Shown: piece after piece, positions 24,762 through 35,728 of the stretch
Layout: each line of letters opens with the position of its first letter
Position numbering within the stretch: position 1 is the stretch's first letter
Assembly: GCA_038087875.1 (NCBI GenBank)
Contig: CM075988.1
Span: forward strand, 1,550,001-1,614,000
Direction of reading: 5' to 3'
Source: Malacoraja senta
Lineage: Eukaryota
DNA: 64,000 bases
Notes under the pieces: generated by a model
Seen by the model: only the letters and a program-made list of their open reading frames with translations
What the model was told of the DNA's origin: nothing
Databases searched by the model: none
Translations under genes and position numbers: made by a program

Positions 24762-26100
24762 AAGAAAGAACTGCAGATGCTGGAAAAATCGAAGGAAGAC
24801 AAAAATGCTGGAGGAACTCAGCGGGTGAGGCAGCATCTATGGAGCGAAGGAAATAGGACCAGCTGGTCCTTACCCTAAACAACTTTCCCTTTGACTCCTT
24901 CCCCTTCCTCCAAATCCAAGGCGTAGCAATGGGCACGCGCATGGGCCAGGTGAATGCCTGCCTCTTTGTAGGGTACGGGTCGAAAAATCTTGCTTCCTCC
25001 TGCACCCATGCAGAACTCACTGACTTAATCCATTTCACCACTAACTTCCATCCAGCACTCAAATTCACCTGGACCATTTTCGACATCTCCCTACAATTTC
25101 TAGACTGTATCGCAGGTAACAGACTACTGACCGACATCTACTACAAACCCACTGACTCCCAGGGTTATCTGGACTGCACTTCTTCCCACCCTGCTTCCTG
25201 TAAGGACTCTATCCCCTACTCCCAATTCCTCCGTCTACGCCGCATCTGCACCCAGGATGAGGTGTTCCAGACCAGGGCATCAGAGATGTCCTCATTCTTT
25301 AGGGAGCGGGGGTTCCCCTCTTCTATTATAGATGAGGCTCTCACCAGGTTCTCCTCTATATCCCGCAGCTCCACTCTCACTCGCCATCCCCCTACTTGTA
25401 ACAAGGACAGAGTCCCCCTTGTCCTCACCTTCCACCCTACCAGCCGTCGCATACAACATATAATCCTCTGACATTTTTGACATCTTCAACGGGATCCCAC
25501 CACTGGCCACCTCTTCCCATCTCCCCCCATTTCTGCTTTCTGCAGAGACCATCCCCTCCGTAACTCCCTGGTAAATTCATCCCTTCCCACCCAAACCACC
25601 CTCTCTCTCAGTACTTTCCCTTGCAACCGCAGGAAATGCTACACTTGTCGCTTTACCTCCCCCCCTCGATTCCATCCAAGGACCCAAGCAGTCTTTCCAG
25701 GTGAGGCAGAGGTTCACCTGCACCTGCTCAGTTCGCAATAACCAACCTGATCTCCCGGTGGCTCAGCACTTCAACTCCCCCTCCTATTCCGAATCCGACC
25801 TTTCTGTCCTGGGCTTCCTCCATGGCCAGAGTGAGGCCCACCGCAAATTGGAGGAACAGCACCTCATATTTCGCTTGGGTAGTTTACATCCCAGCGGCAT
25901 GAAGATTGACTTCTCCAATTTCAGGTAGTCCTTGCTTTCTCCTTCGTTCCCCTTCCCTTCCCAGCTCTCCCACAAGCCTACTGTCTCCGCCACTTCCTTT
26001 CTTCTTTCCGCCCCCCAACTGACATCAGTCTGAAGAAGGGTCTCGACCCGAAACGCTTCATAGACTCACCCGCTGAGTTTCTCCAGCATTTTTGTCCACC
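24762..26100 (+). mobile_element. Penelope-like element, 5'-truncated, with inverted terminal copy at its 5' end
   Basis: RT remnant QIQGVAMGTRMG and DIYYKPTDSQGYL; GIY-YIG C-terminal remnant (PVAQHFNS...EQHLIFRLGSLHPSGM); inverted terminus at 24762-24857. Confidence 0.85.
26030..26056 (+). ncRNA. Hammerhead ribozyme-like core at the PLE 3' terminus (cleavage site mutated)
   Basis: CTGAAGA-a-gggt(ctcg)accc-GAAAC-gc; other copies read GAAAC-GTC or GAAAC-GTT here. Confidence 0.6.
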
Positions 26101-27049
26101 GTAAGACAGTTATTTGTCAGTCTTGTGGGTTGCTATGAATGAGAAGGGCTGGTTTGCCATTTTGTAGTCCACTGTATCTGTAGAGTGGATGGATGAGCAG
26201 TACGTACACCGAGGTCAGGATCCTGCTTGTGGACAGAACAATCTACGGATGGGTTTACTAGTACGGATGGGTTTACAGATGGGTATATCATGCTGAAGGA
26301 ATGTTTTGTGCTTTGAAGAATGTGGCGGTAAGAAATCATTCAAGTCATTTGGTTTGGTTGCACGAGTGGGAGATTCATTTAAGTTTGAGGTGACTGGTTA
26401 CTCTGCCGGGTGCCGAGTTGTTGTAAAGTGCAGGTGATGGGTGGAGTTGATAGAAGATGATCTAATATCGTGCAAGAAGGACCCAGTTGTTCAGGTAGAA
26501 GCAGAGATGAAAGCAGACAAGGAACTAGAAAGGGCTCAACTAAAATTGGTCATCAAAGCCATCAGTGTGATGGATGGAAAATTCAGAAGAAAGCGTTGAA
26601 TCACAAAGTATGATGCTGCTTTGATTTGACAACTTCATATCTAGTCTGTGTGACGACAAAGTACAATTTTAAGCCTTCATGATGAAGAACTTGAATGCAT
26701 CCAGATATAGCAATAGGCACATTAATAACTGCATATAATAAGCGAGTTAATAATATGAAATGAAATACAGTAAAACCTTGATATAATGCAGTATTTGGAT
26801 AACTTTAACTTTCACGTTGCAAAATAAGCTATCGCTTAATTAGTTTCTTTTCGAAGACCCTCCACTCCAATACCACCACGTGGCTTCATTTCCCAATGCC
26901 CTTAAACCCACCTTACCAATGCACCTTAAAATCATGGGATGACTAGATTTCCTCAACATCCACCCTTATTCCCTACATTCAGTTTCCGTTGCTGTATCCC
27001 ACTGCCATAGTTTGTAGAACAGATTGCCAGCGCTGCATCACCAATTCTT

Positions 27050-27632
27050 TTCCAGAATCTATTGCTGCCTCAGTACTGCTCTTGTTAGTAGGGCGAAGGT
27101 CAGTAACATTCTGCTGGGAATATTCTCGTCTCGTGGTGACCCTGGAGTGACTGAAGCACAGCTGAGTACTGGGAATGAGAAACCATCGATCATAAAATCC
27201 CACGTGTACACAGCAGGAGACGAGACGCAAATACACCAACTCTCCCTGGGGGACAGGGCCCAAACACCCACCCTATCCTCCTGGATGTACACGCCGACTC
27301 TCCCTGGATGTTGGGACCCATGTATGCCTACACTCACTCGTGACAGGACCCACCCAAACAGACGCTCCCTGGGAGATGCTACCCTATAGAACATACCTGA
27401 ACTACATAGATTTTTGCAACCCTAAAATTTCCTGTTTGTGCTTGGGATTTTTTTTTAAATTCCAAACATGCATTTAAATTCCCTGGCTGTCATTACTCTG
27501 TACCTGCATTCCCTGTACTCAGCTGTGCCCCAGTCACCCCAGGTCACCACGAGACTGGAATATTCCCAGCAGATTGTTAAAGACCTTCACCCGCTAACAA
27601 GGGCAATACTGGGGCAGCAATAGATTCTGGAA
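27050..27632. repeat. Diverged inverted repeat with ~126-bp arms
   Basis: 27050-27177 is the reverse complement of 27507-27632 with scattered substitutions. Confidence 0.85.
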
Positions 27633-28186
27633 TCTTGGGTCAGTGGTGCTGAACTCAGGCAATTGATCTTGCAACTCCACCACTGCCCCACATTGTTCAT
27701 GTATACATTTGAATCTTAGAAAGCATATGATACGCAGGTGGCCACCGCCTAACCTCCATGTCTGTTGTAATAGAGAAAATGTAGAAACAAGGTAGTGTAG
27801 ATTCTGGTTGATACCAAAGATAGACACAACGTGCTGAAGTAACTCCGTGGACCAGGCAGCATCTCTGCAGAATAAGGATGAGTGACGTTTGAAGTTTGGA
27901 CTCTTCTTCAGAGCTGCCCAAGTTAACTCCATCTCCCACACATGATCCGTGGTCCTGCAGATCATAGCTCTTCAACAACACATGCAAACGTTCCCATTAA
28001 TTTTCCTTCTATTGATCTTGCTACATTAAGATCCAAGATCATACACGCCAGTTCCACGGATTCTATGTACTGTGCACTTTCCCTCCCTTTGGTATATTCC
28101 CTGGTCTTGTTGGACTTCGCCAAATGCACAACCTCGCGGTTCATGTGTTAAATGCCATTTGCCAACTTCCTGCTCAGTTACACAGA

Positions 28187-28470
28187 TCATAGATACATAG
28201 ATACATAGAAAATAGGTGCAGGAGTAGGCCATTCGGCCCTTCGAGCCTGCACCGCCATTCAATATGATCATGGCTGATCATCCAACTCAGTATCCCGTAC
28301 CTGCCTTCTCTCCATACCCCCTGATCCCTTTAGCCACAAGGGCCACATCTAACTCCCTCTTAAATATAGCCAATGAACTGGCGTCAACTACCCTCTGTGG
28401 CAGAGAGTTCCAGAGATTCACCACTCTCTGTGTGAAAAAGTTTTTCCTCATCTCGGTCTTAAAGGATTTT
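28187..28470 (-). mobile_element. CR1 3' fragment
   Basis: ORF 28287-28517; almost identical to 58878-59160. Confidence 0.9.
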
Positions 28471-28734
28471 GACATTAAGTCAAAAGTTTTCTTTTTCTCA
28501 GCCAATTTTTGTCTCAAATGTAAACTTCTTTGTCATATTCCTGGCATCATTCATATATGCTGCGAATAAGCAGGGATCAAGGAATTACTCTGTTGCTAGC
28601 CCTTTAGGCTCAGCCATTACCCCCATGCCACTGGGCCAATGTTGACATTTTCTCACAGTTACTGATGCTCCGTTGGATCCAGTAGGCCTGGCAGTCTCAA
28701 AAGTCTCTAGATACATACAGAGTACACATGCAAA

Positions 28735-30005
28735 TGCACTGGAGAAGGGCCCCGACCCAAATAACCGCCTATCTATGTTCTCCTGGGATGCTGCCTGACC
28801 TACTGAGGTACTTCAGCACTTTGTGTCTTTTTAAGTGATGTGGACACAGGTGAGGGAGGTTTGATTGGCAGATGGGTGGACAAAGGCCAGAGAAGGGAAG
28901 AAGAAGACCAACGGCTGAAATACGGAGGTAAGGACACAAGAAGCGCAAAATGTGGTCAGTGGAAGGAGAGAGGTTTGTGGTTGGTTAGTTCCTTACAATA
29001 GGAGAATTCAATGTTTCATACCATTGGGTTGTCAGCTGCCCAAGCAGAGAGGTGCTGCTCCTCCTGAGAGCGTGTGGCCTCACTGGAAGTGGAGGAGGCT
29101 CAGGACAGAGGTCAGTGTGGGAATGGGAAGGGGCATTAAAATGGTTAGCGGCCGGAGGATCCAATCCAATCCAAGTGCAAAACAGTTACCTCGTCTACGC
29201 TTGGTCTCGCTGATGTACAGGAGGCCACATTGGAAACATTGGCTGCAGTAGATGAGGTTAGAGGAGGTACACATGAACCTCTGTCTCACCTGGTAGGGCT
29301 GCTGGGCTCCCTGGATGGAGGCGAGGGGGGGGGAGGTATAGGGACAGGTGTTACATCTCTGATTTCAAAGGTAAATACTTGGGGAAGGAATTGCTTTGAT
29401 GGGGAGGGATGTGTGAACCAAGGAGTTGCAGTGGGAGCACTCTTCTGAAGGTGGAAAGGGATGGGAAGATGTGACCAGTGGTGGGATTGCGTTGCAGGTG
29501 ACCAAAAATAGAGAATTATGTGTTGGATGCAGAGTCTGGTGGTGGGGAAAAGGTAAGCACCAGGGGAACTTGATCCATGTTCCATCTGGGGCAAGGGGGA
29601 ACGAGAACAGAACTGTTGGACACAGGAGACGCAGGTGAGCACCTCATTATCCGCTTGGATGGATGGCTCGCAAGCAACCACAACCTTTCCCTGACCCCAT
29701 CCCATTTCACCTATATCACTCCTTCTGATTTCGCATTTCTGTCCATATCTCTTTATCTCACAGCCTTTTGTCTTTTTATCTCTGGCCTTTGTCCATCCAT
29801 CTGCCAAACTAACCTTTCACTTGCCAGGCTTTGTCACGTCCCACCTCTCTTCCAATTTTCACCCCCCCACGCTGATCAGTCTGAAGTAGAGTCCCAACCC
29901 AATATGTCCCACATCCATGTTATCCAAAGATGCTGCCTGACCCGCTGAGTAACTCCAGCACTTTGTTCCTTTTTTGTAAACCAGCATCTTCAGTTCCTTG
30001 TGTCT
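28735..30005 (-). mobile_element. Decayed PLE fragments
   Basis: GIY-YIG remnant RQRFMCTSSNLIYCSQCFQCGLLYISETKRR; terminus pieces at both ends. Confidence 0.65.
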
Positions 30006-31684
30006 ACATTCAAATGCTCTGACTCGATTCAACAGTCCCAATCCCACCCTGTTGATTCTTCCTCAAAGGATTCACTCATGTTAGTCGGACAGGCACTTTG
30101 ACAAATCCTGATTATCCCTGATTAATCTTTACCCTCTACATGAGGGTTTACACCATGGGTCAGAATTGATTAATAATTTTGCTATCATTGAAGGTAAGCT
30201 GACATATAAGTATGTGTAAATTCTTCCCTTTTTACACATACAGAGAACACCACCCCCCGTTCAATATCCCAAAATCCTTCCTCTCGACCACATTATCCGC
30301 TTTCATATCAGGAGCATGCAGCATAGTTCTGGTCCTGGCATTCGACTCTCAGTGGAACCCAAAGGTAATCTTGGAGAACATACAAGAAAATAGTAGCAGG
30401 TCGAGGTCAGCTGGCTCCTTAAACTTGCCTGCCTGATTCAATAAGGAATACTGCATGGCTGTTCTACCCTTGTGTCAACTCCCCCTCTGCTTATTCCACA
30501 CAGTTCTGAATTCCCCACTTTTTGCAAAATCTTTTCCACCCCTTTAAATACCTCAGCGATCTAGCCATAACTCTGTGGGGTTGAGAATTCCCAAGATTCA
30601 CCACCCTCTACCAAAGCAATTCCAGTTACCCATTGTTTCAAGTAACTTTTAAATATTGTCCCCTTGTTCAAGGACCACCCTGTCATGTCACCTTAGAATT
30701 ATATGTTTAATTAGATAATGAGGGGGGATGTACAGAGTCTTTTACCCAGGCTAGGGAATCAAGAACCAGAGAACGTGGGTTTAAGGTGAGAGGGGCAAGA
30801 TATTTTAGAAACCTGAGGGGCAACGTTTTCATACAGAGGGTAGTGGGTATATGGAACGGACTGCAGAGGAGGTAGTTGAGGTAGGTGCTATTAACAGCAT
30901 TTAAAAGGCACCTGGGCAGGTACATGGATAGGAAAGGTTTGGCAGAATAAGGGACTAGCTTAGATGGGACATCTTGTTTGCAGGAGTTAGGCTGAAGGGC
31001 CTTCTTCTGTGCAGTAGGACTAGATCACCCCTTAGGATTTTAAACTCTAAAGAATACAGATACAACTTTTTTAGCTGCTCATGATAATTCTTATTCCATG
31101 TAATTGTCAAGTCATATGGTTCTGAACTACCTTGACGGCTAGTATATTCTCTCTTAAATAAGGGTTCAGAATAGTAAGATTAAACGAGAACTTACCTAAG
31201 TTTGAAGTTTGATCTTTATTTTATGAGGAGTTACGTAGGTGATTACGTGAAGAACCCCGCCAGTGCGCCTGCGCGTCAATCTTCAAAACAGCGGTGTGAA
31301 ATCACAAAAAACGACAACCGAAGTAATATAGTCTCATAATAAAACGAGTAATACAAGAACTTCCATCTGACCTTTATGATAGAGGGTAGGGTCGTGGTGG
31401 GCACGTAATCACCTACGTAACTCCTCATAAAATAAAGATCAAACTTCAAACTTAGGTAAGTTCTCGTTTAATCTTACTATTTTACTTCGGAGTCACGTGA
31501 GTGACTACGTGAAGATTTTAAAGCTTTGTGATTTCATGCCGTGGATCAATCCCGGCTTCTCACTGCATAGATTGACTCGGAACGAGAATAATCAATCATG
31601 CATTCATAATAACATTTGTACCACAAATGCAGTAATTCATTTTTAATAATGAAATTAATCAGATCCCCTTTAAGCCAGAGGAAT

Positions 31685-32656
31685 TTACACAGAACTTAAA
31701 ATAGTTTCTGCAAACAGCCCCGCATTAACAATAGGCCGATGGTAAAAATGTTGAAACATCAAGTCATTGGACCACCCGGCGGCTGCGAGGATATGGTCGA
31801 CGGGGACGTCTTTTGCCCTGGCCGCCGACGTTTCTGCTGCCCTAGTCCAGTGAGACGTAAAAACATAAGTGTTAATACCAGCAGCTGTTAAGACTTCTTT
31901 TATCCATCTGGAAATAGTCTGTATTGAAACTCTCTTGTGTGGTTTCTTGTGTGTGATCAACAACCCAGTTTCCGTATTCTCAAATTCTTTGTGACCTCAA
32001 TGTATTGTAATAAATATGTCTTAATACAGAGACATGGATCATTTGGATATGCTGCTAGCATAATTTTAAATCCTGTCACACCTGGCCTAATTTACTTTAG
32101 TAGGTCATAGATATAGAATGTAACATTGTCTTCAGTTACTTCCATACTGTCTATTTGTAATTTTCCAAGTGTTTGCACTCGTTGTGCTGTCACTCATGCC
32201 ATAAGCATGAATACTTTCATACTGAGCTTGACCAAAGGTAAAGACACACTTGATGGCCATTCACGAAGTAGTTTCAGTACCACACTTACATCCCAGATTG
32301 TCACGTACCTAGGTTTCGGTGGTTTGGAATTCAAGATTCCTTTCATTAGTCTGGAAACAATTGGGTGTGACCCAATTGAGTTTCTTTCTGAATCCAGAAC
32401 CAAATATGAGGACAATGCACTTCTGGCTGAATTAATTGCACTACAACTCAGACCTTCATCATAATAAAGTTTTGACAGAAATTCTAAACATTTGAAATAT
32501 CTGCAGTACTTTATTGCACATTCTTTTGTACACAGAACTCTTCCCATTTCTTAATATAAGAAAGGTACTGTTTTTGAGTGCTCTTCCTCCCGGCTGCCGT
32601 AAGCATGTCCACAGTATGCTCAGACAGTCCTCGTCCCAGAAAAGGCATTCTTAAAA
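31685..32656 (-). pseudogene. DIRS tyrosine recombinase (frameshifted)
   Basis: SAINSARSALS, HPIVSRLMKG, PKPRYVTIWDV, TISRWIK, SHWTRAA (H-x-x-R), AGWS...FQHFY. Confidence 0.85.
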
Positions 32657-32664
32657 CCTGCAAA

Positions 32665-33045
32665 TCAACAAATCCAAACGATCATATAATGGATGTTGTT
32701 CCCCTGTACAGGGTGCAGCAATAAATTACTCTTTTTTGGGACTTTCATCAACATTTGTGTTGTTAATTCTAATATCAACGGATACCATGGCTGGGTAGGC
32801 CAATCTGGTACTACCAATACCCTTGAAGCAGCATCTTGCCTGACTTTAAGCAAACATTGGCTTATGAGGCAGAAAGGTGTAAATATATATGAAAACATAC
32901 CACCCCAATGTAGCGAGAAAGCATCAATCGCCACTGCTCCTGGATCTGGTTTCCATGAGACATATCTCGATAGCTGATGATTCAAGTCGATGTCGGTCAT
33001 TCCAAATCTGATTACTATATCATTGAATACCTCTTGATTCAACAT
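32665..33045 (-). pseudogene. DIRS Dam-like methyltransferase domain
   Basis: DIDL...DAFSLHW...YIFTPF...VVPDWPTQPWY; known MT domain after RNase H in DIRS1 elements. Confidence 0.75.
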
Positions 33046-33058
33046 CCATTCTTTATTA

Positions 33059-34450
33059 TCATGGAACTTTTCGTGACCTGGTGTCTGCTATCGTGTTCAT
33101 TCTACCTGGTAGATAGCTGAAATCCAAAATGTTCTTTTCAATACACCAAGACCAAAGTTGATTTAACCATTTTGTCACATTGTTAATTCCACCCATATCA
33201 TTAATATAGGCAACTACTGTTGTGTTTGTTAATTTGAACTTGAACCTTCCATTTAGTTGTGTTAGAACCATAAGCTTGGAGTCCATAGAAACCTCCTAAA
33301 AGCTCCAAATAGGTAATTCCCCTTGTCTGCAGTAACACTAACTTTTCCTGATTCCATCTGCCTCCGCAGCTCGATGTTAAGTCAGTTGCACCCCATCCTA
33401 GTGCACTGGCATCAGTTTGTAATATCATGGAAGGTTGATCAATCAGCACTTTGCCTGAACTGCTTGAGACATGTAGAATCCACCACTGCAGATTAGAAAC
33501 AGCATTTGTTGTTACTTGCATGGTTCTATCAAAATGACCAGCATTTACTCTCAGTGCCTGTTCTTTGATTCTCTGCAGCTGTTGATAATGTAATGGTCCA
33601 TACTGGACTGCTGGGAATCTACTAATTTTCCCAGTACTCGAGCCACCTGTCTGATTAGAGGTTTTTGCTCGTTTAACAGATTACTGCAATCTTTAATCAA
33701 CTCCACCCTTTTTTCACTGGGCAAAGTAATTTGCATTTGGGCTAAATCAATTGTGAACCCCAAATAATCAATCGAGGTACATGTTTTTAACCTTGATTTC
33801 TTTGGATGAATTTAGAAATCCCCAAACTTTCAAAAGTTTGATTTTATTACTGCAACCGATGCTTCTGTTGACGGTTTTGTCCTTCCTATAATCAGGACAT
33901 CATCCAGGTATGCCATTAGTACATGCCCCTGGCTCTCAGCAACCCCAGAATTGATTTGAACAATTTTATGAATATTCTGGGAGGGAACGTTAACCCATTA
34001 GGCAGAGCTTTGAACTGCCCTAATTGGTTCATCCATGTAAATTTAAGATACTTCATATCTTGCAAGTGAACAGACACTGAACAAAAGGATTCAGACTTGT
34101 CAAGTCTATAATAATCCTACATCCTCCATCCTTTTTTGATCGAGGGAATATATTTGACCCAAATTGGTGAATTTGGTAGACTGATTCTTCAATAACACCT
34201 TTTATATATAGGGTTTTGAAGCGCAACTTGAACCTCCATTACTTCGCAAAGCGGAGAGTTCTGCTAGGAACATGCTGGACAGGCAAATCATAATTTGGAT
34301 TGAATTCAATTCGAAATCCTTGTATATTATTCAGAATTACCCCATCTGAAGTAATCTTCCAATGTTTATAGAAGAGACGTAATCTGCCTCCAACTTTTGG
34401 ACTTAATCCAGTTAGTATGTTCCCTTGAGAACCAGGTCCACCTACCTCTT
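33059..34450 (-). pseudogene. DIRS reverse transcriptase / RNase H (disrupted)
   Basis: VGGRL; FKALPNGL; MAYLDD at about 33900; TDASALGWGA; ITYLELL; NTTVVAYIN; LPGRMNTIAD. Confidence 0.85.
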
Positions 34451-35728
34451 GAGTCATTTGAGTATTCTGAGATCCCTGGATTCTCCCGGAAGCACCACCA
34501 CTGGTCCTTACTCCCGCTGCAGGTCGCCAGCTACGTCCCTGCGTTAATGAGCGACTTGGTCCTGGTCTAGGATCCGTATGACGTCTGAAAGGATACTTCC
34601 TCTTTACAGACTTTGCAACCATTGATGTTTTTATCAATCCTGTTTTCGCTTCATCTTCCAACTCTTTAATACGTCTCACGAGATCCTCTCCAAAGAGTAA
34701 GTTGGGTAATTGTATATTACTTGGTTTGCAGAGTGCTGCGAATTTCGGATTCATAGTAGGCCGTATAGCACTTTCCTCAGATAATTGATCTCGAAGTGGG
34801 TGCTGCATAGCAACCCCAGTGCTTCCTGATGCAACTTTGTCATCTCTTGGCTGTTACCTGCTATTCTGGTAAAAGCAGTTATTCCAGAACCCAGCAGCTT
34901 TAATATTCTCTGCAACTGATTCCAGATAATTTGGTTCACTGCTGCTGCTTTCAGCAACCCACAGTTACTTGGGGTCTCCTGATTTCTTGCAGTCTCATCC
35001 ATCTCCTGCTGTTCCAGCTGATGGTAAACCAAGTAATTTATTAAGGAGGCCAGTTCTTCTCCTAATGGCTCTCCTGACCCTGACGGGTCAGCGAATCCTA
35101 CTGCCAGGGGTGGAACATCTGGCAGCTGCCGTTCATTGCCTTGTACAGCCTCACCGTCAGAGTCGGGGTCTGAAATCTCATGACCCGTAGCACGCTCCTC
35201 ATTCCTGAGGGTGCATTCCATCAGCCCTGAGCCAGGTGCTGTTAAGCTGCTTCCTGCAGCTTGGATTACAGTACACTCCTTCCTGAGTGAACTTTGCTCC
35301 AACAGCCTATGGAAAAGGCTTTCTATTTGGGCAATACGCTCGAAAGCTGTATCTAGCCCTGTACCAGGAGCTGTTTGAGCTGCTTCCAGCAGCTTGGCTT
35401 TCAGTACACTCCTCCCTGAGTGAACTTTGCTCCAACAGCCTATGTAAAAGGCTTTCTATTTGGGCAATACGCTCGAAAGCAGTATCTAGCCCTGGAGCTA
35501 CTTCCATTGCCTGGGACTCCCTCCGTGGGCCGTTGGGATTTAAACTTTGTCTTTTGCCCGACAGGCGCTGACTGTGTTTTCACCAGCCCCAGGTCCACAG
35601 TCGCTATGCTCACCGCTGGCGACTGTACCGGGGTTTAGAGGCGGTTGGTCTCTAACCGCAGACTCCCGACTTTCCCGACTTCTGTCGGCTGTGTCGCTCG
35701 CCTCTTCCCCCTGTCCGTTATTTCCCAT
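34451..35728 (-). pseudogene. DIRS gag-like ORF (disrupted)
   Basis: Position upstream of RT; remnants IRPTMNPKFAALC and LLFGEDL; contains a ~133-bp tandem duplication. Confidence 0.6.

Noticed and set aside
32665..33045. Methyltransferase as a bacterial or phage gene transfer
   Set aside because: It is the known Dam-like domain of DIRS1 elements, in its usual position.
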